A stretch of 57,289 nucleotides of DNA, filler included, from Sphacelaria rigidula (taxonomy: Eukaryota): assembly GCA_964200075.2 (NCBI GenBank). It is 8 parts of 8 records of this genome, joined end to end, with 100 filler letters (N's around TTAATTAATTAA, not from the genome) between each part and the next. Parts side by side here need not be neighbours in the genome. Positions count along the whole stretch, not along the records: positions 43,044 to 50,116 come from CAXNAA020016629.1; positions 50,217 to 57,289 come from CAXNAA020016630.1; 6 more parts are not named here. One strand, given 5' to 3'. The stretch's first letter is position 1, and the number at the start of each line of letters is the position of its first letter. Shown here in pieces: positions 47,107 through 57,289 of this stretch. The notes beneath the pieces are model-generated. The model was given only the letters and a program-made list of their open reading frames with translations. It was not told the origin of the DNA and made no database searches. The translations under genes and the position numbers were made by a program.

Positions 47107-48027
47107 TGTGGGAGATGTCTCTTTGCAGTGACATATCAGAGACTGATGTCACACATGTATACAGACCCGGCGCAAGCAGGGACGAGGTAGGAATGTTCCG
47201 GAAGGACCAGATCGCCGAGGACCCTGTGATGCCGACGTAACTAGACAACTCGGGGTGATGCCAGGAAGAGCCTAATATTAGGACGTTTCAACATCCCCCG
47301 AGGTACTGGTCTCCTATGGCGACCACTTCTCGTCTGACCCCACTTCTTGCCTACATACACGGGTGGCCACTGGGGTCTGTAACCTGGCCTTTTTGGGATC
47401 TTATCCACATTTGGTAAGGTCCGCGGATTAGGTGGGCAACTGGAGAGCATTCGCACAGCATGGACAGGTTCGAAACAAAACATGTCCCAGTCTACCGGGG
47501 AGTCACCCGCCAATAGACTGGGACATATTTTGTTTCGATCCTGTGCATGCTGTACGAATGCTCCTCAGTTGTCTACCCAATCCGCGGACCTTACCAAAGC
47601 TGAATAAGGTCCCAAAATGGCCAGGTTAGAGACCCCAGTGGCCACCCGTGTATACAAGAGGAAGTCATCACCAGCCTCGGAGTTCCTTCGGCATCAGGAC
47701 GGTAGTCTCCCCCGTAGGTCTCTGACTACTCTAGCGATACGCCTTCCCCACATACGGGATCATGTTCCATATCGTGTGCCTCGACTACCTACCACTAGTA
47801 GTCCGGGAAAATTCGACGAGGCGTGACATAAAGTTGCTACTTTGGCTACAGGCTGTCGCTACCGTGCGCTCGTGTATTGTACATAGATGTGTGTGAGCGT
47901 TGCTGGCATACGAGGTCATCGGGACAGGGCGGGCAAGGAGCAGAAGAAAATATACGAACCTCGCCAAGCCCGCCAGCCTTTTCGGTTTCTGTCAGAGTTG
48001 ATCAATTTCTTTCAATAACTCCAACGA
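47107..48027 (+). repeat. Probable gypsy 3' LTR
   Basis: PPT AAAGGGGGGGGATA (47093-47106) followed by TGTGGGAG; imperfect complementary end CTCCAACG. Confidence 0.5.
47356..47652. mobile_element. Foldback MITE (297 bp) inserted in the LTR
   Basis: Ends TACACGGGTGGCCACTGGGG...CCCCAGTGGCCACCCGTGTA, flanked by TACA on both sides (a TA TSD is an alternative reading). Confidence 0.85.
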
Positions 48028-48110
48028 AAAATGAAAAAATCTCAAGCAAATCACAAGAAAATATCAAAACCATGACAATTTCCGAAAAAATGCCCTCCGG
48101 AACAAAGAAC

Positions 48111-48523
48111 AGACAATTTTATAAGATGAGGCTAATCAATTAAATGAGGTTCGAGCCCAAAATAGTACTTTCTTCACACTTTCAGCGATGACGCCCGATG
48201 ACTTTCTTGTCGGCCTAATGCCCCTCGATCGCGTAGATACTTTTTCAGCGCATTTTACCGACTCTGTCAGCTTACATCGCTGCCCGAGACCGCTGTTTTC
48301 CCTGATATCACCCCCCCCCCCCCTAAAAAATGAGTAAAATGGCGGTTTCGGGCAGCGCTGTAAGCTCGCAGAGTCGATAAAAGCGCTAAAGAAGTATCTA
48401 TGCGATCGAGGGGCATTAGGTCGACAAGAAAGTCATTGGGCACCATTGCTGAAAGTGTGGAGAAAGTACTGTTTTGGGCTCGAGCCCCATTTAATTGATG
48501 AACCTCATTTTGTAGAATTGTCT
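48111..48523. mobile_element. Foldback element (~410 bp)
   Basis: AGACAATT...ATGACTTTCTTGTCG...CCTAATGCCCCTCGATCGC pairs with GCGATCGAGGGGCATTAGG...CGACAAGAAAGTCAT...AATTGTCT. Confidence 0.85.
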
Positions 48524-48619
48524 CTTAAAGGTGGCCACTGGGGGCAGGCTTCAGGACCTTGCAGGCACCCTGCCTCAACCTGCCCAGGCAAGGTAGGTTA
48601 TCCGCGTTTGGCAACGTGT

Positions 48620-48838
48620 CAGGTTGCGCAAGATACCTTGCGCAAGGTCCTGTAAGGTACGTTGCACAAGGTACGTTGCACAAGGTTGCGCAAGGTACCT
48701 TGCACAACAAGGTTCTGCAAGGTACGTTGCACAAGGTACGTTGCACAAGGTTGCGCAAGGTACCTTGCACAACAAGGTCCTGCAAGGTACGTTGCACAAG
48801 GTACGTTGCACAAGGTTGCGCAAGGTACCTTGCACAAG
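48620..48838. repeat. 65-bp tandem repeat (x3+) built from palindromic GCAAGGTACNTTGC subunits
   Basis: Units start at 48652, 48717 and 48782. Confidence 0.92.
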
Positions 48839-49856
48839 GCCCCGAATTTGAACAGGTATCAACGTGTCCAACCCGTTGGGGTCAATAATAAGATTTCCTT
48901 GCAGTTTATTATGTCGTGTGTGCTTCCTGCTTTTGCATTAAATGATTTTGCCGCTTTAAGGACAGAATACGAGCATATATGTGCCCCCTCTCCCCCCCCG
49001 CCCCCCGCGCGCGCGCAAGAAAAGGAAAATACGCCGGCGTCAGTACGATACTATGAGTAATACTGCCAACAATTCGCAACCCGTACGAAGACCATCCCGT
49101 AGATCCTTCCAAGCCGTTGAGAACCGTGGTGTATGACGCCTCTGCCATACTCCGGAGTATATATATATATATATGTAGTAACCATCGTGGCCATCAACCA
49201 TGAGTTCCATACCCCCCACCCCATCTTGATCTTCGACTAAAAACACGTTATAACCCCCTCCCATCCTCCTTGATATCGAAGAGAACACGACACAACCCCC
49301 CCGCCGTCAACCCACGAAAACCGAAGGGCTACGAAATTGAGATAGAATCTGTGCAATATCAGATGTGTCACGTTTGGCCCCCTTGCCCCACTACATCCCG
49401 CGCAGATGACATGCATGAATCGAACCCGCGGGAGGGCACCATGATGAACATTTATGCTGCTCAATCACTAGTTGACGACTGTCAATTTCGAAAATAAATA
49501 CCAAAACGGATATATAGAAACACCACGCGCCAGGCTCGGTCCGCTCCGTGTGCCCCGTCCGAAAAGGATTCAGCGCCACTGGTTCCCAGAGAAATGTGGG
49601 TGAACACAGCGCAAGAGGAGCAAAGGACCGAGGAGAAAATACGTTGCTCGAGATCAGGTACATCATCTACGAAATACGCGACGAATGAAACACAGCTGAC
49701 TTACCGTTACCCCACCCCATACAGGTGGCCACTCAAGAAAGAGCTTTCGCTGAGACGAGAGAACAAATCCTCTGCGCGGGACAGCGAATTCTTCCCCATC
49801 AGCAACCACAAGACGGGCAATTCGGAAAACGGGTACGAGCTGGGCCAGAAATCCAC

Positions 49857-50040
49857 ATGATGCAGCTCACCCTTCATGCGACTCGCCGAGCACACCACGG
49901 CGCTTCGCGCTTGGTGGTTTGAGTGGTGGTTTGAGTGCGAGCCTGGTCCGGCAAAAACCCGGCGTGCTCCGTCCCGGCTTTCTAGGGATGCGTGGTCAAT
50001 GGTCAAATGACTAAGGCAAGCAACAAATATGTACGCCCCA
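49857..50040 (+). mobile_element. SINE-A body joined to a LINE-B-type tail
   Basis: GCAGCTCACCCTTCATGCGACTCG...CCCGGCTTT, then GGGATGCGTGGTCAATGGTCAAATGACTAAGGCAAGCAACAAAT. Confidence 0.8.
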
Positions 50041-50529
50041 GCGCCCCTACCTCCCTTACTAAGCCTCGTACCCAATCTTGAAGCTCAACTTCATAAATTT
50101 CCTCGAATCTAGGAAANNNNNNNNNNNNNNNNNNNNNNNNNNNNNNNNNNNNNNNNNNNNTTAATTAATTAANNNNNNNNNNNNNNNNNNNNNNNNNNNN
50201 NNNNNNNNNNNNNNNNTCGTGGTGGCGCCGTGCCGCCGGGGTGTCGCAACGGGGGGGGGGGGGGGGGGGGGGGGGTTTGGCTCGCGGCTGCGCCGCTTGA
50301 TGACGAAAGCATTATGTACCATTTGACTGGTTCATGGTGAGAACAACAAGAAGCAAGCAAGCGAGCAAGTTAGCTAGCTAGCTAGCAAAAACCGGACCCA
50401 CCTCCTGTCGACGCTCGACTATCCGGCGATGACGATCCATCTCAGTCTCCCTGCCGGGCACCCTCAGCTGCAGACCATTCGCTACCGCGAGCTCGCGCAT
50501 AAACACCTAATTATTTCAACGAGCCGGGG

Positions 50530-50875
50530 AGTGTACTCATTTGTTGCACGCCTTAGTCTTTTGACCATCAACCGCGCATCCCTTTCGAGACGGGGCACCG
50601 TTCCTACTTCTGATATAGACACCTCCAACATTTGGGCGCACATCACGTTTCTTCCATAGGTTATTATTACACAAGACCTTTTACATATAGTATTCCCTTC
50701 CTGCTTCGCCGTCTGTGACTACCTCTATTTCGTATTACAGCAATCGTTTTCTCGGTGCTGTTTACAGGTCCAAACGATATCATCTCACATTCGGTTATTT
50801 GCGTCATCTCCTCTAACACGCCTCATTCCTCCTTGTGTAGTTCACCTTCTCCCACTCTATGACTTCTACTCTGCC
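50530..50875 (-). mobile_element. LINE-B 3' fragment
   Basis: Homologous to 29480-29830. Confidence 0.8.
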
Positions 50876-50909
50876 GGGTTGGGGGGGCGGGGGGAACGGG
50901 GCAACTCAA

Positions 50910-51380
50910 AAGACCATTGATCTCGCATCCCTACAAAGCCGGAACGAAGCACGCCGGATTTGCGCCGGACCAGGCTCGCTCTCAGTCACCAAGCGCGAGG
51001 CGCCGTAATGTGTTCGGCGTGTCGCATGAGGGGTGAGCTGTGTCCTGCTAAGACTGTTCGCCCCGAAGCATACTGATTATCTTGCATTTGGATGGCGACC
51101 TCCAACGAGTTGCTTGGTTTCCTGGAATCGCCACTTCCAGAGATAGCCATGGCTTACACACTGCCTCGTGGGTGTCTCACCATTTCAACACTACGTCATT
51201 ATGATCATCCTCATTGTGCGGAGTTGAGGTTCTCCCACGCCGCACATTGTAATCGAGCTAGACCATCATCATGGTTACCGCAAAAAAAACGCGAGTGCGC
51301 AAAACAAATCGGCAACCTAGTTGCCTAGCTCACGCAGTGAGTGACGTGTTTTACAGCGTCGTTGCCAACCGACGCCAACC
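50910..51380 (-). mobile_element. SINE-like family A with intact 5' head
   Basis: Head GGTTGGCGTCGGTTGGCAACGACGCTGTAAAACACG. Confidence 0.85.
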
Positions 51381-51768
51381 GCACAGGGGGTATTTATATT
51401 ATTTTTCGGGGGGGGGAGGGGGGCTATTTCGACATTAGTCAAACCTGGACCGAGAACTGACTCGAGTGGTACGACCATGTTACAAGAAAATTTGGACGAC
51501 TCCGACACAAACCATCATCACGTTCATCTTCGAGAACAGGAGGCGAGGCCGACTTGAGATATTCCAACTGACTCGAAAAGTTCCCGGGATCTAATTAACG
51601 TATCCGAGTTCCACGGGTGAGACCTGGGGTTATTGAACGTTGGGACATTTGCAGCAGAAGCGCTATCGACCCCGTCGCCACAGTGTCAAGAGCGTACTCC
51701 ATGTACTCATGACTTACTCCACACTTCTCTCTCCTCTCTCCGCACCCCTTCACGGTTGCAGTACTCAC

Positions 51769-52012
51769 CTCTTGAGCGTGACCTTCTTCTTCTCCTTCCT
51801 CTTTCTGCTTTGTTTTTTCCTCCTGATCCCCCGCATCCGGGTCGCCGGTACATCTGTTCACGACTTGCCCCGTTATAGCTCGAGAAGTGTCACAACGGCT
51901 GCTAGCCGTACTGGGACTTCTATCCATGTCGGCGTCAGCGTCACTGGCTAATGGTGGGCCTTTTCCGACATCGCTTCGGCTTGCAGCCTGCGGTTTGCTA
52001 CTTTTGCTGTCT

Positions 52013-52050
<38 letters not shown>

Positions 52051-52102
52051 GATGCTGCTGCTGCTGCTGCTGCTGTTTCCGTCCTCGGGAGCTGAGTGCA
52101 CC
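51769..52102 (-). CDS. Candidate low-complexity (poly-S/poly-N, acidic) exon
   Basis: tggcag acceptor phase-compatible with the 52597 donor, GAG|gtgagt donor; includes the microsatellite at 52014-52075. Confidence 0.35.
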
Positions 52103-52596
52103 CTGCCATGTTCCATTTAAAAAGAGCACTTTTTTTGTAGTGGTTTGGACTTGCTCTCTCCCGCCGTTCCCCTCTATTATAGTCGTCTTCCAAGTATCAG
52201 AACGCGGGTCAGAGACTCAGATACGCAAACGATACAAACAAACACCTGCACGATCTCGACAATTCGGAGTTTGGATATACTGTGCGTCTTACTACGTGAG
52301 GCAGAATGTGCTCCAGCTGGTCCAACTTGTATCTCGGTACTGAAGTAAGCACCCAACAAAAGAAGTTTCTTGAAGTGGGAGCAGCAGCAGCAGCCGCAGG
52401 CGCAGAAGCTACAATAACAACGGCAGCGAAATCAGCAGCAGAAACATTCTTGGAATGTTGCTGAATCCAAAACAGAGGATGTGGTGCTAAGCTTTGATAC
52501 AGTTGTGATTCTGATCCTCGAAGAGTGTTTTCGGATATTTTCAGGCGCCACTTCCACGGTGGGGTAGGGGGGCTTGTCACCGTGGCCCCAACTCAC

Positions 52597-52790
52597 CCGT
52601 TCGCGAACGCCTTGACGTTTATGTCCGCCCTGGCATGATCACGCGAAGAGACCAGATTGAAGCCGTCCCTCGCCGGAGCTATCGCGCGCTTCGTCAACAA
52701 CCCCCCCTCGTCGCCATATCTTCCTTTTCCGCTGGATGCTCGTGTAAAATTCGATCTGGCGGAGCACGATGCGTTGCTGCTCCTGTTCGT
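52597..52790 (-). CDS. Candidate exon, unknown protein
   Basis: ccccctcag acceptor, GG|gtgagt donor; open frame TNRSSNASCSARSNF...DINVKAFAN. Confidence 0.35.
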
Positions 52791-54679
52791 CTGAGGGGGA
52801 ACGACAATATAATCTTGCGGTTATGCAGGCTCATTTTATACGCGCGTTCAAACGGTGTGTGCGAACGCGTGTAGCAGAGCCATCCATCGCTTCATCGGGA
52901 TGAAATATCCTGTGCGCACAAGTCGTGGGATCTAGGCTTGTGGTGAGGTAAATTTTGTGCAGATCATGTATTGGACACAGGTCTCATGCGTAGATTCTCG
53001 GGACATGGAATCAACCAGCCTGGTACAAACAAGTACAGCTCAGCACGAGGTACGAACAGGAACGGTTCGGGAACCGGTGCTGTAGCCAGTGTGATCCAGC
53101 CAAGTCAGAACGGCTCCGTGGCTCCATACTGTATGCTCTATAATCGGGGTTCAGTGCTGATGTTCGGAGAGAAGGTTCAGCGAGATTTTACACCAAGCTA
53201 GGGTGTCATCTCTGAAGAAATAGTACAGTAGACGCACGGCGATGCAGCGCCTCATACGGGTCAGTCGTCTGCTCAGCCCATCAAGATCTCTCGTGACAAT
53301 CGTCTTGCTCCGCTATAAAACGGTGCACTGCGAGGAAGCACGCCACGGCCACGTAAATCACGTCATTGAAGTGCACAAACTTCACGATTCGAGCGTGAAA
53401 TATGGTAGTGGAAGACTAGCCGAAACTCCTCCTGGTAATGGAATGTGCACCGGAGGGGTGAGATACCGCGCACCTACACCCAGAGACATGTGCAATCTGG
53501 TCTCTGTTTATTCCTGACGCTCGAGTCCACACCAAACGCAACGTGCAGAAAACCAACCATGGTACGAGTCGTGGTCAACGGCGGTCGCCGCTGAGTGGAT
53601 AGACACTTATTTTCGCGTTAAAGAAATACTTCGCGACCCAAACAATCACCAGGATATTGGGTGATGGCGAAATCAACGTTGCAGCGGCCCGGCGATGTCT
53701 AGGTAGAGTATCGGGATGCTATCGCGTCGGTGCAAGCTGCTGCACTGCTGTATGCACCCCGATACATTGCGTTGGGATTCCACGGGCACATGAATGGAGA
53801 GCGATGCGATGGTAGTAATGTTCCATTCGGCGGCATTACGATGGCGCGGACACATGTACCGGCTAGTCCGAGGGAAAGGAAACATGTAGTAAGAGACAGG
53901 GCCCACAATAGCAGAAGAGCAGAATGAATATTCGAACACATGGAGTAATGTACAGTTTTTGTTATTTTAGACGATTGCGCGGGATTTTTTTTAAATAAAG
54001 GTCCACCTTCGTCTCCTGAAAGACGAGCGTGATCACTGCGCGTTCGAACCGCCCAGTTGCTGGTCTCCGCAAAATATCAGGTTTCCAGAATCAGACACCG
54101 AGTAAGAAATGCGACATGTGTGCACTCCTGAGAACGTCCGAGTCCCATTGTTGTTGTGTGTGACTTCCCAACATCGTTTCAGACCAACACTCGAAAAGAA
54201 AACAAGCTAGGAGTCCAACCAGGTATCATAGCTTTCAGCAAGCCTTTTACAAACACAGGGTAGCTACACGAGCTCAAGTCGAGCGGGTCTCATCACGGTG
54301 GAGGACTACGGGTGTTTGTTCGTAGGATAGCCTGCGGTGGTCAGTAAGATACACCTAGTCAGGGTAAGGTACAACAGTCTAGTGATATACCTGTTTGAGT
54401 TCCGGGTACTACGCGGGATGACTTTATATTGTGATGTTCGTGACTGGACATACGTGAGTGGTGCTCGTCGCATGTTGGGACCTTGATCCCAACTGCGATC
54501 ACTCCCCTTCCTTCCCTCTTCATCAACAAAGCTTTATATACATTTCTACCTCATCTTGATCGGCAGTCAGCCGTGTCCATTGATCGACTATCGCAGTCGT
54601 GTCCATTGATCGACTATCTGAGTCGAGTCTGTACCCTATCCTCTCACGAGGTCACGAAGCTACAAACATTCTATTCCCT

Positions 54680-57110
54680 GCCAGACATGAAATTCTTGCA
54701 AGCGTACGAGCGTCGCAGCCACACCACGGTGCCCGGCGTCGCGCATGTGCGCGCAAATCATCAGACGTACCTGCAACTACTTGTCAGAACTCGGAATCCA
54801 CAAAACGATTCGGCCACGCACATGCACACGAAACATATCTTCATTGTCCAAGATAGCAGTACCAACGTCCGACTCGAAAGATTGCACATCCACATCTTCG
54901 GCCCCAAGTTCTTTCCGTTGCGCTTGGCGGACAACAAATTTGGACGGCATCGAGTCATCAGGTTCACACGCACCATACACAGCCACAGCGCGCACAGGCA
55001 TTTAAATTTCAACTGCAGGCACCTGCACGACCAAACTACCCCAATGGCACTCAGATGCATCCGCCAACATTCTTAACTGACAATCAGGACGAGGATGGAA
55101 CAGCGTCACGGCATGAGCCACCAGATCCTTCGCTGCCGCCCACGACTGCAGCCTGCCCTCCGTCTACGATGTCGCTTTCTTCGGAAACGCCATATCTGGA
55201 CTGGACCACCTCACCTGCAAATTCCGTAACACCAACCCGAGCGCCACAAGAGCCGCCATGCACAACGCTAACGAACTCGACTTCACTGGATCGTACCGCC
55301 GCGGCTTTGTCTTCACCGCGGACGCCCCAGGTTTTGGCTGAACACGCATGAGCTCCACGCGCTCAGGAGGATCACCCCGCAGCGCACGACGAAACGCGTT
55401 GACGCGGCAATGCAATATGCCGCGCAGGCGCTCCGCTTTTGAGACGCTGAGGCCTGTCGCCCCAGCATCCGTCACGCTCTCCTCCAGCGCGACCTTCCGA
55501 GCGGACTCCTCTCCCGCCGGAATTATCAACATCTCCAGGCCGCGCCCTACCGAGCGTTCCACCGCCGCATCCCGCTCTTCGGTCACCTGCCCTCCAGCCT
55601 CCTAAAGAGCATCTACCGTCAAGCTTACGCAACGGCTACCCAAAAGGACGGGCGTCTCCAAGCGTGGACCAGGCGGAGACATCTGCGTCTTCATGGAGTC
55701 CCACAACCGCCGAGCGTTGACTCCAATATCCTGAACCATCGGCGACCCCAGAAGAATAACGCTATCCGACCCCGGCATGATCGTAAACGAGATCGGAGGC
55801 AACTGCGCCGGCCCCCAGGAAGTTGTCAAGGTCAGCTGCAGCGTAACAGTACGCTCTGTGACGTAAACATGCTGACACGACGCGGTGACAGCTTGCCGCG
55901 CCCCGAGCGAAAACGGGATGCGTAGCGGCACATCCGGGACAAGACGCTCCAACATCTCTACAATCTGTACCGACATACTCACATGATCCGTCCAGTAGGC
56001 GCCAGAATCTCACTTGGCCTGAACCGCAATGGCTCCACGCTCCCGTTGATTTGGGGGACACAGCTCCGCAGGAACGTCATTGTGCGCAGACTCCACTGGC
56101 CCTTTCTTCGCCGACCGATGCGCCGCTAATCCCACTTGACGCCACGGCTGTGCAGCAGGCGAAGACCCCTCGGCAGGTTCAAACGGCACCGCCGGCGGGT
56201 ATGACCCCTAGCTAGCAGACCAAGACTTTGGCAAACTTCCGACCAGCGCGTCAGCAGGCGTCGCGCCTGGCGCTGCTACCGGTGTCGCCACCGGCGCCAC
56301 CACCGGCGCCGGCGCAGTGTTCGACACTGTAGAAGTCGGCCCCACCTGCACCGCCCGTTGCGGAGCAGCAGCACCTACAGCGGCGCCGGACCCAGAACCA
56401 GACCCATGCTGACGCCGCTGCCCCTGCTACTGCTGTTGCTGCTGTTGTTGCTGCTGCTGCTGCTGAGGACTCGACTGCGACCCTCCACCGCCGGAGGATC
56501 CGCCGCCGCCACCACGATTACCTCGTCTTTTGTCCTTGTGCTGACGATGCTGATGGCACGCAGCATGAGACTGCCCAGACTCTTCACCGGAAGACGTTGG
56601 GCAATCGCGCGCGTAATGACCGACCTGGCCACAACAGTGGCAAGTGCCCGCCGCATGCCCAGCATGCTTTCTGATCGCCGCAACCAATTGCGGCGTCGTG
56701 ATTGCGATGTTTTTATGCTCCAAATGAGCAAACACTCTCTCACATAAGTTGGCGCTTGTTGAGGCATTGGCACCACCTGATGCCGCATAGCATCCCCTGC
56801 GTTAGCGTGCTTCACACGCTTCTTGTTCTGAAAGTACTTCGTAATAAGTGTGCGAGATGCACTCTCTTAATACCTATCCCCGTATTGGGGGGGTCGCAAC
56901 TCTTCCCGCGTGACCACGAGTGTCGCCATAGCTGTAACCGGCTACCTACGAACCTTTTCAAGCCAGCGGACCTTCGCGAATTGCACTTTCATTGCTTCGT
57001 CGCCGCACCACACAGTCGTAGGAATCCCCAAACTCCCGCTGTACGCATCTTCAGCAAGTCTCCAGTCTGGATCAATCACAGACCAGCCGCCTTTGACACT
57101 TTCTACGATA
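54680..57110 (-). pseudogene. Ty3/gypsy gag-pol remnant with internal deletions
   Basis: Gag zinc knuckle CHCCGQVGHYARDCP; protease LLDGS...ILLGSP; RT N-terminus KPRRYDP...WSSPDMAFPKK; RNase H start VTLFHPRPD...LADASECHWG; integrase zinc-binding ICAHMRDAGHRG. Confidence 0.88.
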
Positions 57111-57129
57111 GCCCCCCCCCAAAACCAGC

Positions 57130-57195
57130 GCTCCGTCTCGAAAGGGATGCGTGGTCAATGGTCAAACGACTAAGGCAAGCAACACATGAGAACGC
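57130..57195 (+). mobile_element. LINE-B 3' tail flanked by C-run/A-run/CCAGC duplication
   Basis: GCTCCGTCTCGAAAGGGATGCGTGGTCAATGG...CACATGAGAACG between two CCCCCCCCC-A(n)-CC(CC)AGC words. Confidence 0.78.
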
Positions 57196-57289
57196 CCCCC
57201 CCCAAAAAAAAACCCCAGCCAAAAGTGTCACGAAAAAAAGGAGCATACAGCGCCTGATGCTTGGGTTCAGGCTGCATGAAGCGCCTCAT

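Noticed and set aside
48525..49060. Several overlapping Cys-rich repeat ORFs
   Set aside because: They arise from a stop-poor palindromic tandem repeat that is open in many frames on both strands.
52640..52790. IVLRQIEFY in an alternative frame as a La-motif (LARP) domain
   Set aside because: The similarity is only a few residues and the following sequence does not continue the La motif.
54166..54480. TCCCAACA / TGTTGGGA as LTR termini of the adjacent gypsy element
   Set aside because: They face outward rather than enclosing a TG...CA unit, and no partner LTR, PPT or TSD could be matched.

Overview
This is eukaryotic, repeat-rich genomic DNA. The short GC-rich exons in kb-long introns, the microsatellites and the repeat families point to a brown alga (Phaeophyceae); that assignment is an inference. 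The window is not one locus. It is eight separate contigs of 7074 or 7073 bp joined by artificial N44-TTAATTAATTAA-N44 spacers, apparently sorted by length. Recognisable host gene fragments are four exons of an EHD/RME-1 family ATPase (+, 629-7003) and three exons of TRRAP/Tra1 (-, 37480-41271). Weaker candidates are a Pro/Thr-rich, possibly GPI-anchored protein C-terminus, an S49/SppA-like exon, and three unidentified exon pairs. Mobile DNA dominates. It includes a full-length but dead Ty1/copia element with both LTRs, three decayed Ty3/gypsy elements (one with a chromodomain-like end), many 3' fragments of one LINE, and an abundant ~520-bp SINE-like element that shares that LINE's tail. There are also hAT-type (8-bp TSD) MITEs, foldback MITEs with 4-bp TSDs, and a nested TA-flanked TIR structure. 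The most interesting observations are (i) a LINE/SINE pair with no poly(A) tail that appears to target G/C homopolymer tracts, whose SINE has a structured, non-tRNA 5' head; (ii) an almost perfect tRNA cloverleaf with an aberrant anticodon loop in the presumptive LTR region of the chromodomain-bearing gypsy element; and (iii) foldback DNA transposons with WACA...TGTW ends and 4-bp TSDs.
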